This document shows positions 12,588 to 26,599 of a DNA stretch of 64,000 nucleotides, piece by piece. The stretch's first letter is position 1; every line of letters starts with the position of its first letter. The position numbers were made by a program, and so were the translations under genes. Below the pieces are notes generated by a model. The model was not told where the DNA came from. It made no database searches and was given only the letters and a program-made list of their open reading frames with translations. The stretch is from Psammoneis japonica (lineage: Eukaryota), in the NCBI GenBank assembly GCA_008632985.1, contig QPGO01000017.1:558001-622000 (forward strand), in the 5' to 3' direction.

Positions 12588-14407
12588 GAAAACACACCAA
12601 AAGGACTCCCTCTGGAGCGGACAACACGACGGCTGCACGAGCTTCGTAGCAACTGGGTAGGCCTACTACACTCCTCTAGTCTACGTGAGCTGCGGAAGAC
12701 GAGTCAGTGTGGAGCGGAGAAACGAAGCATAGTTTGACTTGCTCAATCAATGTCTCCGAACAACACAGACCGCACGAAGAATATTACTTGTTCAGCTGCG
12801 TGTGAATGTTCGAACGGCAACCAATGAAGTTCACCCAATAGGTCTCGTGACCAGTTACGGTGGGGGGAGAAGAGATTTTGAAAAGATCTGTGAGCTTGGA
12901 AAGGTAACGTATCCTTAGAATGCAGTCTCCACAGAGTGACTACTTTTTCGAGCCTCTTGGCATGGGTGTCGCCTCGTGGGTAGTGCTTTGTTCCTACGGT
13001 TTAAACCTTTCGAATTACAAAAGCAGTGTCTCTCCCTCTAATTCTCAAAAATACCGGTAGTTGTAATAAGTAGCTGACATCTCCCGGACAACTAGGCCAT
13101 AGTACTGACAAAGCTAAACAAAGAAACAGAAAAGCCAAAAGGCAATCTCAAATCGGAAGAAGACGTTCTGTCCGTCGTGTGGTCCATCCGCGTCACGCCA
13201 TATTCTTGATGCGCAATGCCCAACATACATATTGATATCACATTTTGGGGTTCGCAATTCATATTAATTGTAATCATTCTTGAATGTAAATTTTATAACG
13301 TTGAATAATAATTTAGCTACGTTGCATCATATGCAACGAGGGAGCCAATCATTATAAATATTTTCACGCTTCGATTCTATATACTTTTACATAGGCAAAT
13401 TCAGTTCCGTTGGGTTGAAGATAAATATGATTCCAACTTATCTTCCTTCCTACTGTAACATAAGGTAGAAACCATACCAGTTCCGTAGCAACGCAACGCT
13501 TGAACTATATTCAGATATGAGTATTGCAAATTCACCCAGAGTCTCCAAACTTTCGACATAATATTTTTTGTCCTTGGGGCGAGTTCACAAAGAGCGTCTC
13601 GAGTCACCGCAAGTCGCATTGCAGCCATGGCGACCGGCGTCCCTGTGCAGAAGGCACCAGAATGGGCTGCAGCTCCAAGGTAAGGAGACTTATTGTGTCG
13701 TTTTTGTCACGGAAGTCGGAGCAACGATCGTTTGCTGGCCTCTTGACATTGCGACGGACGAATGTGATTCTTATGAAACGTTCGTAGAATTTGTACGGAG
13801 TTCTACGTGTATTCGGAAGGAACGATACTCGCTGAGGTTTGGCGCGGTATGTTTACGATTGCGGCCCCATTGAATCGTTCTCCATGGCGCTCTCTGTAAA
13901 TTCCTTTGCACGCTCTTCTTCCCGCCGATGCGACTGCGTTGCGCTCTCGAGGAAGAGGAGGAACGAGATTTTCTTTACAGTATGGCATGCTGATGCCGTG
14001 ACATCGTATCACGTATCATTGGCCGTACTTTTCCGTTGGAAAAATCGTTTGCTGTCTTTTACGATCGAACCGTTATCTTTCTTGACACTGGGACACTTCA
14101 CTCTGTTGTTAAACTATCCCCATGGCCTGGGAGAAAATCGTTGCTTGCGCCGTTGTGACAGCGAAGGAGCGCCATAGGGGCCCATTGTGGTGTCGGGGTC
14201 CGTCGAGCGCCTGCCATTTTCGTGCCAATAAACACACGATATTATGCTTTATTTGTGTATGTTTATGTATTTTTCTCCTTTGTTGAAATTTCTTCTTCAT
14301 ATCTGTTGATGTTGAGTTTCCGTTGGTGACGTCATGTTACTTATAGTCGACATGCCGGTTGCGTTGCGTACGTCAAGTTGTTTTGTTTTTCTCTTTTCAC
14401 CTCAAGG

Positions 14408-17259
14408 ATGAGTTCTTTTCTCCCCCCCCCCCCCTTCAGCCCACAAGACGCGCCGAATACCAATGGATTAGAGCTGGGAATGTCGGGTATGAGCCTTGTT
14501 TCAACGCTGTCGGAAGTTAACAGACCGCCGGCTCTCTCAGGTAGCTCGGTATCGACCAGCGGTGATGCTAATGCACCTTTTCATGCCGATGGCTCGGAAC
14601 TTCAAGCGGGCCTGACACCGCCTTCACCGTCGTCACCTTTAGAGTCGGGAATAGCACAGTCCAGTACCTCACAGGGGAACTCCAATCCCGCTGTCCTAGG
14701 CATGTCGGTCCCTTCACCCATTGGAAAAAACAGCACATCAAGTAACACCAACTCCACTCCTCACCTCTCGCTAACACCCCCGTCGCCGTTCGACGGAAAC
14801 ATAGACCTTTCAAGCATGGGACAGCAAGGTTCGCCGTATTTTGAGCCTTCATCCCTTCCTGCGCCTCCTTATCTAGACAAGCCAAGCAATTCTTGGAGCG
14901 AGCAAGACGGCGTTCGCGCGTCGTTCTCCGAGAATGCTCTCGGTGGGCTTTTTCACACCACCGGAAGCTTCGACCGGGCAGAACAACACGATGGATTGCG
15001 CGGTTTAAGCGCTCTTTCATCCAGGGACCGTTCGCAGTCATCGCCTGGTCCATTCCCGACGTTGGCCGGTTCTGGGTCAGCAGCTTACTCCTCCTCTCCT
15101 GTTCTCTACAGAGAATCGTCCCCTGTACACGGAGATGGAAGTGTTGGCTCAAAGGAAGACTTTTCCGGTTCTAGTAGGGGCATGTCGTCAGATCCAAGAC
15201 GATCTCGCACCATTCCCGTAGGCAAGGCCAATAGCCGCCCCCCTCTTTCTGGTGCATCGGCTTTTGGAAACTTTCAAGGCGACCGCGCTCCTTCAGCCGG
15301 ATCACAGACCGGTTTCAGTGGCGATTGCACAAGGCACCAAGGTTTGGGCAGTGTCCCACGCCCAGAACTGCGCTACTCAGCCTCTGATTTCTCCAGTGAC
15401 AAGACAAACGGACACCGAGGGAGGTCTATGTCGCTTGGAGCGTCAGGATACAGCGAATATAGAGAACCACAAAGATCCACGAGGGATTCTTATGGTGATA
15501 GCTACCAGCAGCATATGGAGCAGATCCATGTACAGAAATTCGGGTCGCCCCAACCATTCAACCCCCATATTCAGCAGCAACGAATTCCACCTCACATGAA
15601 TCAATCTCAACAAATGCAGCCACATGGTCGCCATGTTCGGTCGTTCTCCCAACCGGGGCCCGTTCAGCACGAAGGTTACCAGATGCACGGGAACGAAGAT
15701 ATGTCTCGATATGATCTCGGCCAAGGTATTGGGAGTCATCAGCGTCATCTAGTAGAGGGCGATAGCGCTTCTTCCCTTGACAGTTCGAGATATGGGCGTT
15801 TTTCTCACCCAAGTCATCTTTCTCGATCTGTGTCGGCCGGCGCGAACCTGACTCAAGGTGCAGGTTCCGGTTTGCTATCTCGTGGTGTGAATGTCTCTCA
15901 ACCATCAGCTTTATACGAAGGACACTCCCACGGAAAATCTTCATTCCATCCTCATAATTCCCAATTCTCAGGACATGGCGCGCCCCAGGGACGCCAGCAT
16001 CCAGCCCCCCAAAGAATGGATCACCCAGACTATCATGGCCGTGTGTCAGGGTACGACGACGCTGCGATTCCTGTCATGGCTACTCCCGAAGAGATGATGA
16101 ATCATGGCATTGGAGGACACAGTGGTGATCACCATAATTCAGGTTATAGACAGGAACGACGTGTTTCGCCCTCCCAGAGCCCGCTTCACATGACAGTAGG
16201 CGGGCATCCCAGCCACGTGCGGCAGTTCAGTGACGGGACGGGAATGTCTGCCTCCCCGATGTCTATGGGTAGTGCGGTAAGTTGATCTGAATGTTTTCGT
16301 TTTTTCGGTGCCAAATTTGTATAATTTAAACAATGACGTATTCTCTCGATCCCATCGTTCAGAGAGGTATTCCTTCAGGTTACGGGACAAGCAACGAAAT
16401 CCATTCTAATCACGGATCCGGGCATCATCGATCTTCTTCATTTGATGACGACCTTACTCACCCCCTCGTCGGCGAACACATTGACGACCCTGAAGACCAA
16501 TATGGAGCGCCTTATGGAGGTGATCCGGTGTCATTTCATGGCCACCAGAGGAGTCTGTCGCATGGTAATGGATTAGACCAAATGCATCCCATGAGCGCTG
16601 GTGGCCATTATTCGATGGATGCGGTCCACCGCCATCATCCTAGTGCCTCCGCCTCTGGTCCCAAATCTGTCTATAATGTGAAATTTAAACGGTCGCAGAG
16701 ATGCTTCCTTGTCGGGGCCCGAATTGCGAGGGATCTGAAGATAGGTTGCTATGTTAAGGTAGAGGCGGACCGCGGTGAGGATCTGGGTATTGTTGTAAGC
16801 AAAGTCCCTAGTGACAAGTACAACACGACCGGGAGATCCGCTTACACCAGCGTCCTCCCAACAGCAGGTGCCGGACCTTCTGGATCGTCTGAGCTGAAGC
16901 GTATCATTCGCCTTGCAACTCGCGACGAGGTTTCGCTTCTGTCTGTGAAGCGCGAGGAAGAAGACGAATTGCTGAAGGTATGCCGTGCGAAGATTCGGCA
17001 GCGCGGACTTCCAATGAATGTAGTGGATGCCGAGTATCAGTTTGACAGGCATAAACTGACGTTCTTCTTTGAAGCTGAAGGACGCATCGACTTCCGCGAG
17101 CTTGTGAGGGATCTTTTCAGCATGTATAAGACCCGCATCTGGATGCAGCAGCTTGACAAGAGTTCAAGCAGTAGCGGTATTGTGACTCCTGCGGGTAGTG
17201 TAGAAGGAGGGAGTTCCGCTGTCATGAGCGACGAGGTTGATCCCGATGGCCATGCATAG
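14408..17259 (+). CDS. PSP1 C-terminal-domain protein with long Ser/Gly/His-rich disordered N-terminus; intron 16277-16362
   Basis: YNVKFKRS, YVKVEADRGEDLG, VVDAEYQFDRHKLTFFFEAEGRIDFRELVRDLFSMYKTRIWM. Confidence 0.9.
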
Positions 17260-17669
17260 TAATCGTTGGAAATCATAGATGCATACATTTTAGAAGGAAG
17301 TGGAGATATGGAAATGCGTTCATTGTAGGGGGAAATGCAAGACATTTTGAGGGGATGTTGGGAACGCCACTTAGCATAGTCAGCCCAGGAACACGACGAC
17401 TGAAGCTACGCAGTCGTGCTGTGTCCAAAGCATGTCTCCAACACTGTAGTGTAATAAAAGTATAAAGTAAACTTCATAAAACAGCTTTGCCATGCTCGAC
17501 ATGGACTACAGTACAATGCTGGGTAAATGGTGCTAAGTACAGTAGTCATTGAGTGATTGATTGTAATGCACCCTGATGAGATACCGGTATGGTCGGTAGA
17601 TAGATCTTGTCACTTAGCCTCGGTTCGGTACGCAGCAACGGCCCCTGCTCTCATGCTCTATATACAAGA

Positions 17670-19660
17670 GAGAAAGGTTGGCGGGGCAGGAGCTTGCACC
17701 AAGCATGCCAACAAAGCCAACAAGGAGCAGACATCCATGGAGAGGAGTTTGCTGGAGTGGAGGAAACAAAAACTTGGCTGTGCTGCTGGTGTGCTCACCA
17801 GCTGGGCCACTGATGACATTGGCGCACTGAGAGAACACAGCTTTGTAAGCAAATGAACTGTCTTGTTGAGCAACAAGTCAGAAAAGATGTTGGGCACCAA
17901 ATGGCAACAACAAAAAGCCTGTGATGACACAACAAAAGAGGAGCTGCATCACAAACACATGCAATGTGATGACAGGGTTGTGGGCTGGAGCAGACAATGA
18001 ACTGTGCAACCTGAAAAAAAATGACTTTGATTGCAAGCTCATGACTGACAAGAAACTCTCACAATGAAATTGTTGTGTGGAGTTTGCACAACATTTTCTT
18101 TGCTTTGGAGCCTTTTTGGTGAACAAAATGTGGTTTGGCAAAAACTGCAGCCTGTGCCAATGCCAACAAGTGATCTGTCAAGTGTGACACTTGTCTGGGG
18201 TTGTTGCAAAAGCACCAGTTTCAGTGCTGCAAGTTGTTTGCAGGCAACATGCAGGAGTGGCTGGAGTCATGTGTCCGTTGCTTGTCCTGTGCATGTGATG
18301 TCCACAAAGTTGACTCTTTTGGCCTTGCATCCTCAACCTCACTTTGAAGTGCTTTCTTTGCAAAATTTAAGAAACTTGCCATGCACAGCAAAGTCTCTGG
18401 GCAGAATGGTTTGTGGCAAATGACTGAGCTGCACCACAAGATGCATCAATTGGAAATTGCCAGTTGCTTGAGGGCTTTGGTGCCCCTGTCTGAGGTGCTT
18501 GTCTGGTTGCCAATGAGTCAGAAGACACTCAAAACACAGAGCCATGTGCAGGTGGGGAAGTGAGAAATCCTGCAGAACTCTCAAACTGCCACACAGTGCA
18601 CAACTTCTTTTGCAGCACTCTTGTGGTGTGCACCCCATCAACCTCTGTCAACAAGAGTCCACAGCACCAGCACTGAAAAACCAAGCCAGCAACACTTTTG
18701 CAAAGCCCCCAGCAGTGCTGGCTGGCAAGGAATTTGCCCCTTTGTGGGGCAATGAAGCAACATGGTCCATCCCCCCTGAGATGCACAGAGCACATGAATT
18801 GTTCAAAGGCAGCTGAAAAGGGTGGGACACACTGTGGTTTGCAACTCTGAGCTGTCCAGAGAGTTTTTCAATGCAAGTGTGGCCAATGGTGGCACAAACA
18901 TCAGCAAAACAACAGTGCACCACAACAGCCAGAGCAAGGCCCATTCCCCAGCATCAAGGTGTTTTCCATCAGAGGGTTTTGCTGCACAGTTTATCAACAA
19001 GAAGTGCAAACACTTGTCATTGAGTTTGTTTTCAATGTCTCTTCAGCTGCCCTCATTGAATGATTGAAAAAAATCACAATGTCTTGGAGGAACTTCTTTT
19101 GGAGCAAAACCTTGTTGTGGAGGACCAGACAAAACTTGTGCCATTTGACTTTTCTGTTTGGCTCAATTCTTCACATTGTCATTTGAATCCCAAGTGCAAC
19201 AAGAACTTTTGTGTTGCATTTTTGGGTTCACCACAATGGCCAACATTTGCTCAAACCATGGATGGTGACTGTTTCAATCTCAGTTGTTGCAGATGTGACT
19301 CAACTCAACACATGCAACTGCACTCCTGGTGAACAATGTCAACATTTTTGGCTTCAGATGGTGCAAAGTCATCTTCTTCATCTGATGACATTGTCTTGGC
19401 AACCCATGCAACTCAAGCCATTGTCAATTCCTTGCAAACTTTGCTGCTGCACCTTGTTTTGCCAATGATGTTGCTGCTCTCTTTTTGCAACCACGAGCTG
19501 TCATCCACCATTGTCATCTCATGGAAACCACTGCTGCTGGTTTTTGCAGCATCTTCCCAAGCCAAAACTTTGCTCACATCTGTTCAAGCCAAGGCATTGC
19601 AACCCAACAACCACAGCAAATGCCTCCAGTCTGACAACATTTTGAACCATTCGAGACATT
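17670..19660. mobile_element. Heavily degenerated, unclassified repeat-like sequence, depleted of TpA and CpG
   Basis: Almost no TA or CG dinucleotides; only broken Cys/His-rich ORFs; same signature as the identifiable TE relics downstream. Confidence 0.4.
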
Positions 19661-19895
19661 GAGTTTTGTGCCGTGCACGCACCTTGCTTTTTTTTTTTGG
19701 GTGAGCAGGCCAGTCTACTGCCAGCTAGAGAGTGGAGTTCTTCCAGAAGCGATTTGAGTGCAAACACTGCACAGCACATTCCCCCCTTTCAATTTTTTCT
19801 ACATTGCTCGCACTCCATTCTAAAGCAGTCAGCAACTAGCCCACAAACAGAACAGACAGTGTGATGTGACCGTGTGATCGCGCCTTTCTCAATTG

Positions 19896-22193
19896 TCAAC
19901 GCAAGACGCAACCAATCCCTGTCTCTTCCGCGCAGAGTTCAAAGATCTGTCTGAACAATGGCATGGCGTCACTCGCAAGGATTTGATCTTCTGGATTATA
20001 GGCAAGCATCTTCTTCATGCAGCCAATCAGCTCCGACCCGCCCGTCACCTCTTGAAAACATTTCAATTTGGAGTTCTCAAAGACTTTGGTGCGGAGCTTG
20101 AGGTTTGCGTCGCGAACGGGCAGCTTTCCAGTCAGAAGGCAGTGCAGAATCACGCCACAGCTGCAAATGTCGACTTTGGTGGTGGTTCCTCCAAGAGTGC
20201 TTGGGAGCAGTTCTGGAGCTCGGTGCACACCCGTTCCAGGCCCTTCTGTTCCAGCGCTGTCTTCGTGAACGGTGCGTGCCAACCCAAAATCAATCACTTT
20301 CACCTCCATTTTGTCATGGTCACGTTTGTTGCCGTCAGGGCAACCCACATCCTTTGCAAACAAAATGTTCTGCGGTTTAAGGTCGCGGTGGATCACTTGC
20401 TGGCATTCGGCTGCACTGAGAGCAATCATGAGCTGTGCCATGTAGCGAGAGAGATGCGGCGAACCATGATCATGGCATCCACTTTCTTGAAATCTGCGAC
20501 AACAACATCTGACGTAGATCTGCTGCACTCTTCCATGAGCAACGCCAGAGCAACCTCACTCTGCTCCTCCTCCTCGTCCAGTCGAACATCCAAGACAAAC
20601 CACCCATGTAAGTTGGCCACGTGGCGTACGCCATTGAGCAAAGAGTGGCAGCACATTGGTCGACATCCACATTTTGGGATGTCGTCCATCGGGTGTGCCT
20701 CCAACTTGAGGACAGCCGAGAAATTCGAGAAGGCAACCGGAACAACTGTGTGACAGGTTCCAAAAGTGCCACTGTCAACCTCATCAGCAATGTGCAAGCG
20801 GTCAAGGTTCCAGACACATCCAGCAGCTGCATGCTCTAACACATCCTTTGGTTCTGGCTTTCCAAGTCTCTTGCGTTCATCATTGAATTGCTTGATCAAG
20901 TTGGGAAGGTCTTCAAGAAAGTGATCACTTGCATCTTGATGCTCAAAGTTCTCCAGACAAGGACGAAACATGTCACTCATTGTCTGAAGTCGAACAGGGA
21001 ACAGTGGTTCCCCTTTCTCCATCATTTCTGTGATCTTTGGCGCTAATTTCGTGTCGATTGTGCCAATTTCGGTCATCTGAGAAGAAGTGGCTGCAGGGGC
21101 TGTCGAGCTCGCAGCAAGGTTGCAGTCCACAGCAAAACTGTTTCCCGCAGCAACGGTTTCTCCAGCATTGTTGAACAAGGATCCGCAGCCCAACTCATGC
21201 AGGCAAGCTTTGGAATCGTTGAGGAAACAATCAAGGATGTCATGACCCGGATTGAGCTGCTCAAGCTCCATGTGGGCAGCCTCAGTGACCGGAAAGGACC
21301 GAGATCCAAGCTTCGAGAGCAACGCATGTGGAATGGTGATGGCCTCGGGGGTCATGCGGGTGCCACAGTCATCAGAGATTTGTTCCGACACGACCATCCA
21401 TGGCCACCCAGAATCCAAAACTCGACTGGGCCACTTTCTTTGTGACCAGTGCTGACTTCAAAGCGGTCTTCAAGATCTTCCTTTGCATGCTTGAGTTTTG
21501 CAGGAAAGCTCTTGAATGCTTGCTTCATGGCTGCACAGCGAGAACCAAAGGCCTCCACAATTGCGTCCGTTCCAACTTGCCCAAAAATGGCTTCCAACAT
21601 GACTTTTTTCACTGGCGTTTTGTGCGCAAAGCCTGTTTTCTTGCGGATGGATGCAACGCGGTTCTTGAGGTGTCGGAGAGCATCTTGGCAAACGACTGTT
21701 CTTCCAGGAGCGATTTGCAATGTTTGTCCCCTTTGTCACATGGAAGGAGGCTGTCGAGAATGTAAGAAGCAAACTCAAGGATGGCGGCATTGTCGCCGGA
21801 CTTGTTGAAATGGACATCGGGCACTTTGCTCGCATCAGCAGCAATTCAAGTCAATGATTGCCACAGCTGGGAAGGTCCTGCATGTTGCTCGTGTAAGACA
21901 CAACTGGTTCGCTCTGCCTGCAATTCAGCCAACAGCAAGCTTCCTAATTTGTCTGTCTTGAGAATGAATTTTTTCCTGCAGGACACCAAAGCTTCAGTGA
22001 TGGCCTTGTCGGCATCGAGGAGTTTGTTGGTCACAGCTTGGAAAGCCCCACGCAAGTCCATTTGGGTCTTTCCGAAAACCAGAGCATCTTCTTCCTCGAA
22101 GGCAATCTTGCTGGCAATCACATGATGCTCTCTGCGGTTTTCACCCCCATTGCGGGTGTGAGGCGTGGGCGCTGTTGACAACCGCTCCGTCAT
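19896..22193 (-). pseudogene. Ser/Thr protein kinase pseudogene with long N-terminal region, frameshifted
   Basis: SGTFGTCH, HRDLKPQNIL, VKVIDFGLA, GTGVHRAPE and KVDICSCGVILHCLLTGKLP spread over several frames. Confidence 0.85.
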
Positions 22194-22309
22194 GTTTCAT
22201 TTGTTTCCAAAGCAATCCACAGTCGCGTTGGATCACTGCTTGCTGCTCTCTGGAGCTAAAAGCTTTGGCTTGCTTTTTGCTTTGGCTTGTTGCTTGATGA
22301 TTTCTTCTT

Positions 22310-22790
22310 GTCAGAAGGCGATGATTCGGCCAGAAAATTGACTGAAATCAAGGGGAATTCTGGCTAAAGTGCGATTTGGAAATTTTGCGGCAAAAGCCAG
22401 TGGACATTCTTGCCAGAAGGCGATTCGGCGAGAACATCCGACTGAAATCGAGAGAAATTCTGGCCAAAGTGCGATTTGGAAATTTTTGCCGAAGAAGCCA
22501 GTGGATGTTCTTGCCAGAAGGCGATTCGGCGAGAACATCTGACTGAAATCGAGGGAAATTCTTGCCAAAGTGCGATTTGGAAATTTTTGCCGAAGAAGCC
22601 GGTGGACATTCTTGCCAGAAGGCGATTCGGCGAGAATTTCCGACTGAAATCGAGGGAAATTCTGGCCAAAATGCGTTTTGGAAATTTTTGCCGAAGAAGC
22701 CGGTGGATGTTCTTGCCAGAAGGCTGTTCGGCGAGAATTTCCGACTGAAATCGAGGGAAATTCTGGCCAAAGTGCGATTTGGGAATTCTT
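22310..22790. repeat. Tandem repeat, 101 bp unit, ~4.7 copies
   Basis: gccagaaggc recurs at 22412, 22513, 22614 and 22715; unit gccagaaggcgattcggcgagaatttccgactgaaatcgagggaaattctggccaaagtgcgatttggaaatttttgccgaagaagccggtggacattctt. Confidence 0.95.
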
Positions 22791-22859
22791 GGCCTTTGCG
22801 CGCGCTGCCGCTTCACAGGTCACAGGGGAGACTTGTCCATCCGCCCTGCTGCGTCAACT

Positions 22860-25800
22860 CCGAAAAGGACACACGAAAGATGCGCGCGGCAACGAGGACG
22901 GTGTGCATTTAGTGGATGTGCACGGGCTGTGTCCAGGAGGCGATACGAACGTCGATGCTGGTGTCGGCTTTGTCCTGTTCATGAGGGACGACGTTGACAA
23001 AGCTGAGCTCAAGCGCACGGTGATTCATCGCAAGTTTGTCCATTTACCTTGTGTGCAGAGACAGCGTCACAAGTTGCGAGGCCGCACGGGTGCCTTGGAC
23101 CAAGCACCAATCCACTGAAGACGAGCGCAGCGTTCTTGTCATGGATGGTGACCGTGGACAAATTGATGCAAACACGGTTTCCCCACGTTGGCGGAGGCAA
23201 GGGATGAATCTGAGAATGACGAAAACTCCGGTTGGCGGTTCGATTCCCCTCCGACTTCGCTCGTTCATAAGCTCATCTACTCATGTTACAAGGCTCGGCA
23301 CCTTCCTGTCATTTATGAAAAAAAGGAACTACCCAGTGAGACCACAGCTCCTGCTCCTGTCCTTCCAGTTGATCCTGCTAACCATGAGGTCAGTCGTCTG
23401 CGCCATTCGAATCCGATGTGGCAAGCGAGTGCGGTCAAGGTTGTAGACGAGTTCATGTCTTTTGGTCCGGAGCAAATGCAACAAACCGCGCAGTTAGTTC
23501 CGATTCTGATGCAACGACTCGAGACACACAAACGTCAGCGACTCAAGAACTATGACACTCACCGCAACCACTGGACACTCCAATGGGCAGAACAGAATCT
23601 ACTGCTGATGGCGGCTTTGATGGTCAGCCGCGGCCACATCCTCCCAAACATTGAGTTTCGGAGTGGTGCTACATCCTTGTTACTCCACCCAAAGGCACAG
23701 TCTGAGAAGTGCACTGGAGATCGTCACATGAAGGAAGGTGCGTACGGATTGTGTCACTTCTGCACACCCGTTAGGTCGGGAAAGAATTCAGGTGCCAACA
23801 CAAATTTTGGAGTGCGAGACGATGAGCATCTAAAGTGCTCTAAACTCACCGAATCTAAGCATGTCAACAATGCTCTCTATTCCTCGTATCCATCCAAGGA
23901 AATCGGTCGAGACATGAAAGAGCAAATCAAGTCACAACAGAAAGGATGGTATGAGGATCTTGAGATGGTCACATTCTTTGGGTGGTCACGCAGTGATAAA
24001 GACATCACAAATTTGCTTACCTCAGAAGGCCCTGATGGCTTGTTCCAATGGGATGCCGAGACCTTGAAACACCTAGAAGAGTCTAAAGTCGGTGGTACTC
24101 TTTGGTCCAAGAAATTGGCAATGGTAGGTTATCTGGCTGAGCTTGCCCACGATCTCTGTCTCGGCGAAGACAATATCTCTAACTCCCCTGGATTCGAAAG
24201 CTTCGGGTTGCTTCAGATTCACCTGAACTAGGACCTAGAGACAAATGGTGTCCTCTGTAGCTTTGACAGCTGCTGTCTCACGCGCATTGTCCTCCGGTGC
24301 GAAGCTATCTATACGGGTCAAAAAGAACAATGAACTGCGTTAGTCTCAGTGCTAAAAGGGGATATATAATACACAACTTCTCAATCACACTTACCTTTTG
24401 CACCAAGTTCTAATCAAAAGTAGTGGCACTCTCTACTAGAGAGTTCATCCTACAATAGCGGAGACTTCTGCGCTTAGGCCGGTACCGTCTTCATTACTAT
24501 ATGGCTTCTCGCGCACAGCCGGCACCGTGCTCCCTACTGCTAGTAGAGAGATATCTTTCCTGTGTCTTAGAATAGTAGATCAGTAAGTCATCATTCGAAA
24601 TGGTGAAGTATGCACACACACACTCTACAGTAAGCATACGGTACGTACCGTCCAGAAGCAACAGCTTTTACGCCTACACTCCATCCCACATTTCATCGAA
24701 TAGTCATACATCTCTACTAGATCCGACTAGGAACTGAGAGCTCCAGGATCTGATTTCCCCATATGAGTAAAGAATATCAAAAGATATCTATCATGTAGAA
24801 TATGGGCCTGGAAATGCCACTGCAAGCTTTAACAGCCAACGATAGTCATACTGGAAAATGACAGGCAAAATTAAGATATGAGTGGAACAACGTACACAAT
24901 AACAATCCATTGGGGTTACATATCACAGTATACTCACTAGTGCACCTTTTAGAGGTAGAGCTGAGTCGCCTTACCAATTATTATGCCCCCAAGTACCATC
25001 AGCGGTTCGTGGCATACACGCATTCAAGAGGAGGCGATGAGCCCGCCAACACAAGCATCAACCTCCCCATTTTACCCATTGCAAAGCCTAGAGTCATAGT
25101 TACACCACAAAGATCTCCCAAAATAACGCGGACAATATCATGTCTTAGATAATGATGATAATGCGGTTGAAGGGTAGGTGGAAAGGGTCAAAAAGGACCA
25201 GATACCTGCACGCATGAACGAGACGCACAAAAAAAGGCTCGTGAGGTATGAGAATTTCGTCAAAACGAGTCTAAAAGCCAATCAATCACATTGTACTCAT
25301 AGGATTACCTTTTTTGGACTATGATAAGACTGTCTGACAAATGCCAATGTCGTAAATGTCCTCCAGGCTCCATCGCGTCGTTTTGTTTTCTCGGCATGCA
25401 CTTTCCAAATATTGTGACGGCCGAAAAACGACATGCCATGATTATGCGCCGACCAAGCCCCCAAGAAGGATATCAAGCGCGTCATAAATCCATATTAATA
25501 TACATAATAGGTACACCAAAGGATGTAGAGTGGGATGAGGCATAAGGCTCTCAAACGGATACGCTGTGGTGGTGCAAACGCCGCGAAAAAAACACCAACA
25601 TCACAGATGCAACAATCGACCGCACGAGACGATCAATCCACCTATGAAGCTTTAACAAAGCGCAAACAACATCTTTAGTGAGCATGTAATTGGTGTAAAA
25701 TGAGAAAACAAAGAAAGAACTTACCTCTGTAACGTTGTCGACCATTCAGATGTAGCCCGTACCGTGACGCAATCGAGTCACGAGTCGAGGCACGCAACCG

Positions 25801-25910
25801 TTTATACCGTGTGTCGCAACCGAAGCCCCCCCGGAAACCAAACCAATGTATCAACCTCTTTATAACAACAATAGAAAAAGATCCCCCAAGAAAGATACGT
25901 CAGCCCAACG
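22860..25910 (+). mobile_element. Internally deleted repeat element, probably a DNA transposon; ORF 23188-24231 plus 3' non-coding part; homologous to ~56950-59190 in inverted orientation
   Basis: Clear homology to the minus-strand copy from ~23183 onward; upstream piece has a possible DDE-like motif VLVMDGDRGQIDA; superfamily not established. Confidence 0.6.
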
Positions 25911-26181
25911 AAGTTTGCCATGTCGAGACACATCAAAGTGCAACATGCCGTTTTTTATGCCAAATCGGGAACGTTTGAGTCCAATCGACTTATTCGACTC
26001 ACGTACTTCATCGTGGTGAAATTTCAGTCACGGACGCCGGGAACGTTTGAGGCCAGCGGTAGCCTGTGTCGTCGATACCGGTAGATCTGACGTCCATTAG
26101 CTTCAAAGCTGTACCGGTATCCTCTTTAGGCTTCTTAGGTATCATTGTTGCAGTCCGTTTCTACCTTACTCATCCTTCAGT

Positions 26182-26560
26182 ATGGCGAACCGTATTCTTC
26201 CTCTCGAATTGATCGATAAAGCTATCGGATCGCAGCTGTGGATCTTGATGCGGGGAAAAACAGAGATTGTTGGCACGCTTCGAGGTTTTGATGATTACGT
26301 AAGTGACGGTACATACGTCTTACCAAATCTTTGGTTTTAATCGATGACTCATTTCGTTTTGTTCGATTCGTTTTGTGACTGTGAAGGTAAATCTTGTCCT
26401 GGATGATGCGGTTGAATATGCACCCGACGCAACAAACGAAGGACGAGTCACGAAGACGGAACTAGCAAGCGAAATTTTGCTCAACGGAAATCAGATAGCT
26501 GTGCTAGTTCCCGGGGGAGCAGGGCCACCAGAAGACTCGTTGGTGTCACGCGCCGGATAG
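26182..26560 (+). CDS. LSM5: U6 snRNA-associated Sm-like protein LSm5; exons 26182-26298 and 26387-26560
   Basis: MANRILPLELIDKAIGSQLWILMRGKTEIVGTLRGFDDY/VNLVLDDAVEY...ILLNGNQIAVLVPGG; GTAAGT...AAG intron; exon 1 is absent from the ORF track. Confidence 0.95.
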
Positions 26561-26599
26561 AAGTGACACAGTGTGGGGTCGTGACGATGACCAAATGCG

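Noticed and set aside
22310..22790. CRISPR-like array
   Set aside because: Whole 101 bp units repeat with no unique spacers, there are no cas genes, and the context is eukaryotic.
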